Origin: an uncultured delta proteobacterium
Lineage (GTDB): Bacteria > Desulfobacterota > Syntrophia > Syntrophales > UBA5619
NCBI GenBank assembly: GCA_963817385.1
Contig: CAWFOM010000006.1
Location: 192,001-256,000 of the forward strand
Direction: 5' to 3'
Length of the DNA: 64,000 bases
In this document: one piece after another, positions 29,588 to 39,265 of the stretch
Numbering within the stretch: the stretch's first letter is position 1
Layout: each line of letters opens with the position of its first letter
The notes under the pieces: generated by a model
Database searches by the model: none
The model's input: only the letters and a program-made list of their open reading frames with translations
Told to the model about the DNA's origin: nothing
Position numbers and translations under genes: made by a program

Positions 29588-29604
29588 AGCACAGGGCATG
29601 CCAA
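29588..29604 (-). promoter_or_regulatory. Candidate sigma54 promoter upstream of the GT5 gene
   Basis: TTGGCATGCCCTGTGCT = GG-N10-GC, inside an AT-rich intergenic region. Confidence 0.4.
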
Positions 29605-29912
29605 ACTTGTATAATTATACAACTATATGTGTTTACACGGTAATCCGATCATAATTCATTGTTGGGTTTTCTCTTGAAAGGATTTTTCATACATATCATT
29701 GAGAAAAAGTCGGTATTTCCCTGCATAAAAAACTTAAAATAGCTGAGGAACTGATGAAGCATTGAAGGGCAGGCTCTTCAAAAAACTTCTTATAACATGC
29801 GCAGTCATAATGGCGTCGATCGCGAAAAATACGGACGACACCCATTAATGCTCCATCCCGTATCGTCGGAACGGACTGCTATCTCAAAACAGCTTACCGC
29901 GATAAAATCTCC

Positions 29913-29941
29913 TTGACATACCAGGCAGCCTTTCTTATCCT
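29913..29941 (+). promoter_or_regulatory. Sigma70-type promoter of the GGDEF gene
   Basis: TTGACA-N17-TATCCT. Confidence 0.6.
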
Positions 29942-29979
29942 CATAGTGCATAAACGCAATATTCCATGATAATAATCAG

Positions 29980-30669
29980 ATGAGATATCGTAATAATCAG
30001 ATAAAGCAGATGAAGCGACTGGTAAACAAATCTGAAGACGAGCTTCGCAAGCGAATCGAGACGCTTGAAAGGGAAAACGATACATTGAAATCCCTCCTCC
30101 TGACCGATGAACTTACGGGTCTTTACAATAAAAGGTTTTTTTACATCCAGTTGGAAGTTGAAACTTCGCGCACGCGACGTACAGGGCAGCCGTGCACACT
30201 CATGTTGATTGATGTAGACAATTTTAAACTCGTCAATGATACCTTTGGACATGATGCCGGAGACCAATTCCTCGTGCAGATAGGGGGAATCATTAAGAAT
30301 GATCTTCGTGTTACGGATTTTGCCTGCAGGTTTGGCGGTGATGAATTTTCTGTCATTATGCCGGCATCAAATATCAATGACAGCTTCAGCATAGCAAAGC
30401 GCATAAAGAGTTCTGTGGCGAAGTTGGCCTCCACGCTGCATGTTGATATCAGGGAACATCTATCGGCTAGCTTCGGGCTTACCGCCTATGAGGCGCATGA
30501 CCCAACAAGCGTTGTTGACTTCTTCAAGCAGGCGGATTTGGAATTGTATGAAGCGAAAAAAATGGGAAAGAATCGGATTTCTTGTGGCCGTGCCATGGGG
30601 ACAGAGATGACGACCGTAAGCGCCGCAGAGAAGGCCGCTCTTGCTAAGCTTATGACGCATAACAGGTAA
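29980..30669 (+). CDS. Diguanylate cyclase (coiled coil plus GGDEF)
   Basis: DELTGLYN, DNFK..NDTFGH, RVTD I-site, RFGGDEF. Confidence 0.93.
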   Translation: MRYRNNQIKQMKRLVNKSEDELRKRIETLERENDTLKSLLLTDELTGLYNKRFFYIQLEVETSRTRRTGQPCTLMLIDVDNFKLVNDTFGHDAGDQFLVQIGGIIKNDLRVTDFACRFGGDEFSVIMPASNINDSFSIAKRIKSSVAKLASTLHVDIREHLSASFGLTAYEAHDPTSVVDFFKQADLELYEAKKMGKNRISCGRAMGTEMTTVSAAEKAALAKLMTHNR

Positions 30670-30685
30670 TGGATAGGAGAATCGG

Positions 30686-31429
30686 ATGGCAATAAAACCG
30701 CTGATTGTATCGGTAACCAGTGGCAAAGGCGGGGTAGGAAAGACCTTTGTATCAATCAATCTCGCCACGACCCTGGCGAAGAGAGGGAAAAAGATACTAG
30801 TCGTGGATTGTGATCTCGGTTTGGCAAATATTGACATTATGTTGGGGATGAGCCCCAAGGTTACTTTACAGGATGTCATCTTCGGGAATCTGGAACTAAA
30901 AGATGTCATCATTCCGACAAAGGGTGGATTCGATCTTATTCCCTCCAGCTCGGGTGTCCGCGAGATGGCGCAACTCCTTTTTGAGAAGATCGAACTCATC
31001 AAGGCCATGATCCGTTCGTTCACTGATTATGATGTGATCCTTTTGGATACGGGTGCTGGTATTTCAGAGGTAGTCCTTCAGTTCAACCTCTTGGCATCAA
31101 AGAATCTTGTGATCATCAACAGGGAACTTACCTGTCTGACTGATGCCTACTCCATGATCAAGGTCATGTTTCAAGTGTTCGGCCGTGAGGCCTTTAGTAT
31201 TGTAGTGAATAATGTTGGCGATGAAAAAGAAGCGGATCGTCTTTTTTCCCATCTTGATTCGATCGGTAAAAAGTTTTTGGGATTTTCCCTGCATAATCTC
31301 GGGTATATTGCAGCGGACGATGCAGTTCCGAAGTCCATATTGAGGCAGGAGTTGATAGTGCTAACGGAACCAACGTCTCGAGTAGCGCAAAATTTCAGGC
31401 GGATCTCCGAAACGCTCCTCTCCCGTTAA
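30686..31429 (+). CDS. MinD/FlhG(FleN)-family ATPase
   Basis: TSGKGGVGKT, DCDLGLANID, DTGAGIS, TDAYS.IK. Confidence 0.88.
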   Translation: MAIKPLIVSVTSGKGGVGKTFVSINLATTLAKRGKKILVVDCDLGLANIDIMLGMSPKVTLQDVIFGNLELKDVIIPTKGGFDLIPSSSGVREMAQLLFEKIELIKAMIRSFTDYDVILLDTGAGISEVVLQFNLLASKNLVIINRELTCLTDAYSMIKVMFQVFGREAFSIVVNNVGDEKEADRLFSHLDSIGKKFLGFSLHNLGYIAADDAVPKSILRQELIVLTEPTSRVAQNFRRISETLLSR

Positions 31430-31899
31430 CCTGCATTGTCCTTAATGCAGACATCCACCGCAAATGAACCATCGACTGTAGTGAAGGGAATCACGATGCT
31501 CGAAGTACCGAGCATGTGCTCAATGGTGTGATCTTTCCCCGTTACTACGGAAGGGAGCGATGCGGAGATCGTCATCCGTTCGCTTTGGAGTCTCTTGCGG
31601 GCATCACCGGAAATCATGTTCGTTAACTCACCCACAGCATCTTCAATATCTCGGGTTATTGTGGAGAACTCCTCGCCCACCATGTTGGACACGATTTTCA
31701 GGATACACTTCTCGGAAAAACTGACCGCCATTGATCCCACCACCGATCCAGTAAAGCCGATGAGTCCCGACACATCACCATAGGCATCAACACCTTTCTT
31801 CAGATATGGTCCTCCGGCGGCGGAATCGATAAATGCCATCGTTTTTATAACGTTGACGGTACTATCGGCAAAAGCATTGATAATTTTGACGTCCATCAT
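31426..31899 (-). CDS. cheX: Chemotaxis phosphatase CheX
   Basis: DVSGLIGFTG, DAVGELTNMISG (ExxN). Confidence 0.9.
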   Translation of the reverse strand: MMDVKIINAFADSTVNVIKTMAFIDSAAGGPYLKKGVDAYGDVSGLIGFTGSVVGSMAVSFSEKCILKIVSNMVGEEFSTITRDIEDAVGELTNMISGDARKRLQSERMTISASLPSVVTGKDHTIEHMLGTSSIVIPFTTVDGSFAVDVCIKDNAG

Positions 31900-32313
31900 T
31901 CACCTGCTCTTGAAGTTTCAATTGTCATGCAGTGCATATAGCAAAAAATCTAATCAGTAACGGGTCACTATCCTTGTGGTTGTTGGGCGGTCGAATCGGA
32001 GAAGATGGAAAAACGAATAAAAACGAGGAAAATACTCCGATCTATTTTCTATATCGAGAAAAGCGTCAGAAATCTTTAGAATCCGGGAGTGAAGTTTTGT
32101 AAAATTTTTTTACGTGTCAAGAGCTGGGAGGAGAGGGCCCCAACGACCGCCGCGCTCAGCGGCTGATGCCTCGCCGTCCTCCCCGAGCCCGAGGGTAATG
32201 GGGGGGCCTTTCATATATCCATGTCACGGATTTTGGAAGTTTGCGGACGTTGAAGCGGCGTGCTGATCATTGCTGCACATCCCATGCGGGCATATGCCTC
32301 CGGGAACAACCTG

Positions 32314-32685
32314 TTAGGAGAGTAATTTTCTGAGGGAAAATTGTAGGGCGTATCTCGCCAGGGTCCCTATGTAGTGGGGTGCGCGAGCAAGCCAGGCGCC
32401 GACAATAAAGACCAGATAGGAGAGACCATAGGTAGTCGGGCAGCCGATGACGGCGATCATCGGTTCCCCGAACCAGGCTGCCAGAATGCTCAAAGCGGCC
32501 ACTGCCGGCCAGCCGATAACATAACTCAACCCCATCAAGATTAATCCGGTGATCAACCGCTTCGTCGGACGCTCCTTAAATTCACGAAGATCCGTTGGAT
32601 TCTCAAGTATCTCAACTATATATTTCCTCCCGGCAAGGTATTTAGCAATTTTTCTTCGAATCATAAAACCTATCCTTTGAAACAA
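32314..32685 (-). CDS. Hypothetical membrane protein
   Basis: Two to three hydrophobic segments (SYVIGWPAV..., YGLSYLVF). Confidence 0.7.
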   Translation of the reverse strand: MFQRIGFMIRRKIAKYLAGRKYIVEILENPTDLREFKERPTKRLITGLILMGLSYVIGWPAVAALSILAAWFGEPMIAVIGCPTTYGLSYLVFIVGAWLARAPHYIGTLARYALQFSLRKLLS

Positions 32686-32987
32686 ACCGGCGGTTCCGAA
32701 TCCGGATGCCTTCCACGGTGCACGAGCGATGACATGCGCGGGAGAGCCAAGTATCGGCAGGCAAATGAACCCAGGGGAGAAGTCGATGGATTAAATACAC
32801 GAGACCTCCCCTTTCTGCAACGGCTTTTCTGCAACAATGAAGGAAAGGGCCGGTGTTCGATCTTGCTTTTTCCTTCGATTCTTCTATCGATAATACCATG
32901 CCTTCAATTTCCAGCCATTTCTTGACAGAGCACAATGCTCATATTATAGGGGTACGGCAAAGAAAAAGGCGCTCGATCGAGGACACC

Positions 32988-33704
32988 GTGAAGAAACAGA
33001 CTAATGGCTGGGATTTTTTTGATCGCATCTACTGCATCTCCCTGGAAGAGCGTGAGGACCGGCGGCAGGCGGCTGCGGCCTCGTTCTCCAAAGTAGGACT
33101 GACAGGAAAAGTTGAATTCGTCGTTGTCAAACGTCATCCCTTCAATGTCGAACAAGGGATGTATGAATCTCACACAATCTGCCTGCGTAAAGGCTTGGAA
33201 GCCGGTGCAGAAAGAATCGTCGTTTTCGAAGACGACGTCGTTTTTGACCGCTTTGATGCTGAGCGTTTCAAGCAATGCACTCAATTCTTAGTGGAACATC
33301 CGAACTGGAAAGTGTTGCTTTTGGGGGCATTAATACGCTCAAGTCGGAGAACGACTAATCCGTTCGTACAAAAAGTCGGCTATCAGAGCCTTGCGCATGC
33401 GTATGCCGTAAACAGGCCTTACGCCGAGACCGTGGCTTATCAACCCTGGCAGGGGATTATTATCGACACCCTGTTTCGGCCTCTGACTGATCATCTCTAT
33501 GCCGTTTATCCCATGTTTGCGTTTCAAAATGATTTTGCCTCGGACAATGATAAATACCGAGGGCTTGAGCACTTCAGGCGATTATGCGGCGGACTTGAGC
33601 GGATTCAAAAGGTAAATGAATTCTACCAGCGCCATAAATTGGGTATTATTGCCGGCCACATCGTAATTATTCTATCTCTTGGGATCGTTCTCCTCTTCCG
33701 ATGA
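32988..33704 (+). CDS. Glycosyltransferase family 25-like protein
   Basis: YCISLEEREDRR, SH, VFEDDV, AHAY; C-terminal TM. Confidence 0.75.
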   Translation: MKKQTNGWDFFDRIYCISLEEREDRRQAAAASFSKVGLTGKVEFVVVKRHPFNVEQGMYESHTICLRKGLEAGAERIVVFEDDVVFDRFDAERFKQCTQFLVEHPNWKVLLLGALIRSSRRTTNPFVQKVGYQSLAHAYAVNRPYAETVAYQPWQGIIIDTLFRPLTDHLYAVYPMFAFQNDFASDNDKYRGLEHFRRLCGGLERIQKVNEFYQRHKLGIIAGHIVIILSLGIVLLFR

Positions 33705-33907
33705 GAGTCTGTGTGTACCGAGTGTTTAGACTCCTTTCCCCGAGGGTGCTTCACCGCCGTTCCCGCCGCGGGTAAGAAGCCAAGTTGCTTGGAATAATAT
33801 ACCTTGACTTTGGTGAGAATGGGAGTACGCTCTAACCAACATACTGATTGACGTAGAAAAATTGAATACTTGTCCTTCCCATATAGGGAAGTGAAAAATG
33901 ATCTCCC

Positions 33908-33945
33908 CGCCCTGTCTCTTACGATGTGACAGGGCTTTTGTTTTT
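33908..33945 (+). terminator. Intrinsic terminator
   Basis: GCCCTGTC-N11-GACAGGGC followed by TTTTGTTTTT. Confidence 0.65.
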
Positions 33946-34001
33946 AGACGGCAAGAAATTATGGACGTTGAATACCTGTGGAGCCTGTGAAGGAGGATAA
34001 A

Positions 34002-34313
34002 ATGAATATACATTTGGTTGAACCGTTGAATCATTTTGTGAAGCTGCAAGACAATGTGTGGGAAAGCGGGTCGTGGGGACTCGATGAGAGTCAAGCGAAG
34101 AAATTGGTCGGGGGCGAAATCTATTTTCATAAAAAGCGTCAGGAACCCTCTTTTTATGGAGGGACGATAGTCGGATACAGGGTTCAGCAGGATGGCGAGT
34201 ATCAGGGAAAGATCGTTTTCCAGCTCAAGCATAGCCAGGCATGCAGAAATGTCAGCACGGATAAATCCGGATGGAGCAAGGATATAAAGATCCTCGAGAT
34301 TGACCGGCAATAA
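34002..34313 (+). CDS. Hypothetical protein
   Basis: AAGGAGG RBS; 103 aa. Confidence 0.7.
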   Translation: MNIHLVEPLNHFVKLQDNVWESGSWGLDESQAKKLVGGEIYFHKKRQEPSFYGGTIVGYRVQQDGEYQGKIVFQLKHSQACRNVSTDKSGWSKDIKILEIDRQ

Positions 34314-34668
34314 CCGTCAGACTTGATGCTCGAAAAGGCCGCGTTCTCATCCTGACGATTGTCTTCGATAGAAAGAGCAGCTATTGAATCAGGCCGCGAG
34401 CTCATACCCCGCGGAGTGCCGCGGGGCAAGCGATGCGGTGTTAACGAGCCAGGCGACCATCTGCGTTGCCAGTATGTGAATGAACCGAACAGCAGCGAGA
34501 AACTGAAAGAATTTGAGAAAATCGAAGGCTACCAACGATATGAATTCGTTGAAAGGGGAGGCTGGGATACAATGCCCGGGCAAAAAGAGGCCAGCAATGG
34601 TGTCGCCAGTGCCAGTGCTGAGGAGCTTGAAGTCCTGATCAAGAAATAAGACAAATCGACGGCTGTGT

Positions 34669-34709
34669 AAAGGTGACTCAGCAAAAGATTTCTGTTGAGT
34701 CACCTTTTT
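34669..34709. terminator. Intrinsic terminator, possibly bidirectional
   Basis: AAAGGTGACTCAGCA...TGTTGAGTCACCTTTTT. Confidence 0.7.
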
Positions 34710-34794
34710 ATTGGCGGGGATCCGAAAAGGAGAACCATCAAAGCACGGTCCGTTCCATGGACCGTTTCACATCGGAGCGGTGGGAGGCAGCATT

Positions 34795-34962
34795 GTGAAG
34801 ACAAAAATATTTACCGGCTATGGCGATGCCATCGTACTTGAAGGTGAATTGAACGAATGGCTGGAGAAGAATCCTTACATTACCATAAAGAACATCAAGC
34901 AGAGCTATGTTTCCAGCGGAGAACAATTATGTACGCTGATGTCCGTATGGTACGATAATTGA
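34795..34962 (+). CDS. Small hypothetical protein (55 aa)
   Basis: GGAGG RBS plus GTG; LE.ELNEWL..NP...IKQS...SVWY. Confidence 0.6.
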   Translation: MKTKIFTGYGDAIVLEGELNEWLEKNPYITIKNIKQSYVSSGEQLCTLMSVWYDN

Positions 34963-35062
34963 TGGTTTGATGGGACCGGCGGATCAGGGGGGGAGGAAAC
35001 ATTCAACCGTGCCACCCAGTGAACCGATGCTCTTGTTTGTTGAGACCGAGGATAATGCTTGC

Positions 35063-35377
35063 CTATCTCACGATCAGCTTAGTCTTTATGGACTTTACCC
35101 CGTTGACGCCTTTTACGATTTCAACCGCTCTAGTGACTGCATTATGTGAATTAACGAAGCCGCTCAGGAGAACGGTTCCCTGGTAGGTTTCGACAATGAT
35201 CTGAAATGACTTGAGAAAATCATCTTGTGCAAGCAGAGATTTTACCGTGGTTGTGATCACTGAATCGTCAACGTATCCATCGGTACTTTCACGTGTAGGT
35301 GTCGATGCACAGGCGGCAAGGGCGGTGATCAGCGTGAGAATCACGAAACAGTGGATAACGATTTTTCTCTTTCTCAT
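35063..35377 (-). CDS. BON-domain lipoprotein (OsmY-like)
   Basis: LAAC lipobox; DDSVITTTVKS.L...VETYQG.VLLSGFV...V.GVKSI. Confidence 0.9.
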   Translation of the reverse strand: MRKRKIVIHCFVILTLITALAACASTPTRESTDGYVDDSVITTTVKSLLAQDDFLKSFQIIVETYQGTVLLSGFVNSHNAVTRAVEIVKGVNGVKSIKTKLIVR

Positions 35378-35637
35378 AGCAGTTGCGCCTCTCGGTGAGT
35401 TTGCAGTGAAATGGGAGTTTCTGCACGATGGCGATTTTGCTAAAAAGCCTATAGAATATTAAGGGCTGATGGCAACGAGGATTGACTGTACGTTTGTCGG
35501 TAGGTGTAATCTATCCCCTTTTCTCAAGTAGAGCCAAGGGGTTTTTTTTGATATGAACAGCAAAGACCATGGCCGTATTTCAGTGATATCTCCAACGCGA
35601 TCTTGCCGCGGGGCGAAATTTCTGTTATGGAAGCCGC

Positions 35638-36069
35638 ATGGAACGCATGAGCATCGAAATTGAAGCCCTCATTCCCCACCGCGACCGTATGCGGCTGATC
35701 ACCGAGGTGCTCCGGGTCGACGAAGAGAAAGCGGTGACCTCCGCCACCGCCAAGGACACGTGGCCTCTCTTCGATAGCGGGTCCGTCGATACGCTGGTTA
35801 CGATCGAACTCGTGGCCCAGACGGCGGCCCTCCTGGAGGGGTGGAAACGGCTGCAGTCCGAGCGTGGCGGGGCGACGGGTTGGCTCGTGGGGATCAAGAA
35901 TGCCGAGTTTCGGTGTATGTGCATTCCCGTGAACGCAACCCTGGTTACGGAGGTCCGGAAAAGTTGCGCCCTGGAAGGGTACGCCGTCTTTACCGGAACG
36001 GTAAGCATGGACTCGGAAATAGTGGCCACCATGCGGATCCAGGCATTTCGTCCGGAAGAGGCTGCCTGA
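35638..36069 (+). CDS. Hotdog dehydratase (ApeP/FabZ-like)
   Basis: LIPHRDRMRLI, IELVAQ, GWLVGI. Confidence 0.82.
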   Translation: MERMSIEIEALIPHRDRMRLITEVLRVDEEKAVTSATAKDTWPLFDSGSVDTLVTIELVAQTAALLEGWKRLQSERGGATGWLVGIKNAEFRCMCIPVNATLVTEVRKSCALEGYAVFTGTVSMDSEIVATMRIQAFRPEEAA

Positions 36070-36150
36070 GAGGTCAAACAGAGGGAATATCCGTAAACGC
36101 GGATTGTTTCCTTGTCGGTAGAGAGAAAATGCTCGGAAGAGAGAGAAAAC

Positions 36151-36408
36151 ATGGATAAGCTCATCGCTGAACTGAAGATCAAGATCATCAATACCCTGTC
36201 TCTTATGGACGTTGTCCCGGAAGATATCGGCGACGATACCCAGCTCGTAGGGGGCGATCTCGGGATCGACTCGATAGACGTTCTGGAACTGGTCCTCATG
36301 TTGGAGAAGGATTACGGCGTGAAGATCGAAAGCAAGGACGTCGGCGTCCAAGCCTTCGCCTCCGTCCGCGCCCTGGCCGAGTTTGTCGAGAAGCATCGCG
36401 TGAAATAG
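36151..36408 (+). CDS. Acyl carrier protein 2
   Basis: DLGIDSIDVLEL. Confidence 0.93.
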   Translation: MDKLIAELKIKIINTLSLMDVVPEDIGDDTQLVGGDLGIDSIDVLELVLMLEKDYGVKIESKDVGVQAFASVRALAEFVEKHRVK

Positions 36409-36483
36409 CGCCCTCGGTTTTTGTGTAACGTTCGACAAACGGTTCCGAGCCTTTCATGCGCAACTTGCAGGCGGGCAACGTCT

Positions 36484-37980
36484 ATGGAATCACAACGACC
36501 CTATGATGCGCTGATCATCGGCGCAGGGATCGGAGGCCTTTCGGCGGGAATCATCCTTGCCATTCTCGGCCTTCGCGTCGCCGTCATCGAGAAGAATCCC
36601 CTTCCCGGCGGGCTGATGCGCGGCTATCGGCGGGAGGGGATCGACTGCCCCGTTGGAGTGCACTATTTCGGTTCCTTCGGGGAGGGAGAACCGCTCCGGA
36701 GGATCTGCGATTATCTGGGCGTTACCGAGCGAATGGCGGTGGAGCGGATGGGGCAGGGCGGTCCCATCGACCGCTACCTCTTTGATGATTTCACGTTCGA
36801 TTTGCCGGAAGGCCTCGACGCCTTTTCCGCGTCGCTAACGCAGGCCTTTCCCGATGAACGGCAACCCATCGCGCAGATCGTCGAAAACCTCCGCACCACG
36901 GCCGACGCGCAGAACTCCTTTGCCTTTTTTTCCCCGGCGCCTCCCCTTCTCAACGGGAAACTCTTCGCTCCGCTGGATGAATACCTCGCCGAGATGAATT
37001 GTTCTCCGGGACTGCGGAGCGTTCTGGGCGTGGCGGCGCGATGGATGGGGATGTCGGAGAGCGAATGCCCGGCCTTCTACCACCATTTCGCTCTGGCTTC
37101 CTATCTCCTCTCCTCGTGGCGGCTCAGAGGGACAGGATCGGATCTGGCGGAGGCGTTCGTCTCGCGGTTCGAAGAGCTGGGAGGCACCCTCATCTGCGGC
37201 GATGCGGTGACGGCGATTCTCACGTCGGGCGCTGCGATCAGGGGTGTGAGGCTGGCCTCCGGAAGGGTGTTCGACGGGTCCCGGCTCGTAGCCGCCATCC
37301 ATCCCAAGAAGGTTATCGAGATGCTGCCGGAGGGGGCCGTCAAGCACCGCCATGCCCGTCTGGTCGGACAACTCGCCGAGACGGAGGGCTTGTTTGCTCT
37401 GAGCGCCGCGGTGGACGCCGCGACCCATCCGACCCTTCCCTATAACCTCTTCCGGCTGCATACGGACCGGGAGGGGGCGGTTTGCGACGGGGTGTTCTAT
37501 CAACTGCGCGACGGCCGCCCGGGGAAAAATCTTCTCGTGATCATCACGAAGAGCCCCTATCCCGAGTGGAGCCGGTGGAAGGATACGACGACGGGCTCGC
37601 GCGGTGCGGCCTATGCGGAGGCAAAGGCCGGCCTGGCCTGGCGGCTTCTCCGGGACGCCGAGGGGATCTTCGGGTCCCTGGCCGGCGCAAAGATCCTCGA
37701 TGCCTATACGCCGCTGAGCTTGAGAGACTGGACGGGCAGCGAGAATGGCTCCCCCTACGGGATCATGCGATCGATGCGCCAGTTGCCGGCGGTGGCCGCG
37801 TTCTCCCGCCTGGCGCCGGCGGGACTGTACTTCGCCGGTCAGAACGCCCTGTCGCCGGGTGTCCTGGGAACGCTTCTTGGTTCGCTTCAGGTCGCAAGGC
37901 AGGTGCTTGGCCCCGACCGCTTTGCCTCCGAGGTCTTCGAGAGGCTCATGCGAGGCCAGGGAAAGCAGGGCTCGATATGA
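36484..37980 (+). CDS. FAD-dependent oxidoreductase, phytoene desaturase/retinol saturase family
   Basis: IIGAGIGGL, GVHYFG, TPLSL.D..G..NGS.YG, LYFAGQ...PGV.G. Confidence 0.88.
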   Translation: MESQRPYDALIIGAGIGGLSAGIILAILGLRVAVIEKNPLPGGLMRGYRREGIDCPVGVHYFGSFGEGEPLRRICDYLGVTERMAVERMGQGGPIDRYLFDDFTFDLPEGLDAFSASLTQAFPDERQPIAQIVENLRTTADAQNSFAFFSPAPPLLNGKLFAPLDEYLAEMNCSPGLRSVLGVAARWMGMSESECPAFYHHFALASYLLSSWRLRGTGSDLAEAFVSRFEELGGTLICGDAVTAILTSGAAIRGVRLASGRVFDGSRLVAAIHPKKVIEMLPEGAVKHRHARLVGQLAETEGLFALSAAVDAATHPTLPYNLFRLHTDREGAVCDGVFYQLRDGRPGKNLLVIITKSPYPEWSRWKDTTTGSRGAAYAEAKAGLAWRLLRDAEGIFGSLAGAKILDAYTPLSLRDWTGSENGSPYGIMRSMRQLPAVAAFSRLAPAGLYFAGQNALSPGVLGTLLGSLQVARQVLGPDRFASEVFERLMRGQGKQGSI

Positions 37981-38810
37981 ACAATGCCGAAGCCAGTGAC
38001 AACAGGCGAGCCGCGTTTTTCGCCGTGCGAAATCGCGTTTGGGACTTCACCGTCACCGTCATCCTTTGGGCATACTATAGTATGGGGTTTGTCGTGTTCT
38101 TTTCCCCCCGTTACCTGTACGCCCTCGTTTTCTCAGCCCGCCGCGAAGCGGCCTTTCAAGGCTTGAACCACCGGTTCCACCAGCTGTTTTTCGTTCTCCT
38201 GCGAACGCTCGCGCCCAAGGTGAAATGGCGGATAGCGGATGCGGTAAAAGATATCCGATCGTCGGTGATCATCGCCAACCATCTCTCGTTCCTCGATCCC
38301 ATTCTGTTCGTATCGCTCTTTGAAAAACAGAAGACCATCGTTAAGAGCGACTATTTCCGGTTCCCCTTTTTCGGTTGGATTTTGACAACCTCCGGCTATA
38401 TCCCTTCGCTGGCGGAGGGTCTGTTTGCGGCGGACATGGTCGACCAGATAAAAAAGATGCGGGAGTATCTTGCGGCGGGCGGTAATCTGTTCATCTTTCC
38501 CGAGGGGACTCGTTCGCGCGACGGCCGGATAGGCCCGTTCGATCAGGGCGCGTTCAAAATCGCCCGGCTCTGCCGTGCGGCCTCCATCAAGGTAGTGGTC
38601 ATCCGCAATACCGATAAACTCTTTCCCCCGGACAGGTTTTTATTCAATACCCGTAATGAACACATTATCGAAGTCGAACTGGCCGGAAGTCTCGAACCGG
38701 ATTACGAAAGCGAAGCCTTTTCGCTGCCCGCTCTCATGGAGGAGGCGCGATCGATCATGGAAAGAAAAGCGCAACCATCAATGTCGTCCTCATCTCCATG
38801 CCGGATGTGA
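37977..38810 (+). CDS. Lysophospholipid acyltransferase (PlsC family)
   Basis: ANHLSFLD (HxxxxD), IFPEGTRS; ATGA overlap. Confidence 0.92.
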   Translation: MNNAEASDNRRAAFFAVRNRVWDFTVTVILWAYYSMGFVVFFSPRYLYALVFSARREAAFQGLNHRFHQLFFVLLRTLAPKVKWRIADAVKDIRSSVIIANHLSFLDPILFVSLFEKQKTIVKSDYFRFPFFGWILTTSGYIPSLAEGLFAADMVDQIKKMREYLAAGGNLFIFPEGTRSRDGRIGPFDQGAFKIARLCRAASIKVVVIRNTDKLFPPDRFLFNTRNEHIIEVELAGSLEPDYESEAFSLPALMEEARSIMERKAQPSMSSSSPCRM

Positions 38811-38947
38811 TCCATCGACGGGAACGGGTGAATCGCTTTGCCGATGGGGAATGGTTTGACGGAAAGTAGGGCTTGATATGGACGACGATAACGACTATAA
38901 ACCTCCCGTGGACGGATCATTCGAATACCCTTTGCGATAGGAAACCG

Positions 38948-39226
38948 ATGACACGAGAGCAGATCACCAGTGCAATTCTCGAAATCTTCCGCCGTGAGTT
39001 CGAGATGGAAAATCCCGGCCTCGACGACGACCTGCGCGAGACTGGCGAGTTCGACAGCGTGGATGCCATCGAACTGCTCCTGGAGATCGAGCGGCTCCTG
39101 AAAACCGAGCTGACCCATGAAGAGAAGCAGATGGCCATGGAGATCCGGACGATCAGGCAGATCATCGACTATGTCGAACTCCTGGCGAAGAAGAGGAATG
39201 AACATGGGAATACGCAGGATCGTTAA
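38948..39226 (+). CDS. Acyl carrier protein 3
   Basis: GEFDSVDAIELL. Confidence 0.88.
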   Translation: MTREQITSAILEIFRREFEMENPGLDDDLRETGEFDSVDAIELLLEIERLLKTELTHEEKQMAMEIRTIRQIIDYVELLAKKRNEHGNTQDR

Positions 39227-39265
39227 GAAGGCCGCATCCGCGCGGAAGGAGGCTCAGGGCTGCCC

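Noticed and set aside
32138..32320. attC-like start (CCCAAC...GCTCAGCGGC) with a distant GTTAGG
   Set aside because: Arms do not pair convincingly, and the GTTAGG overlaps a gene's stop codon.
34359..34649. 96-aa ORF containing a CCCCGCGG/CCGCGGGG palindrome
   Set aside because: TTG start without RBS and no recognisable motif; probably decayed sequence.
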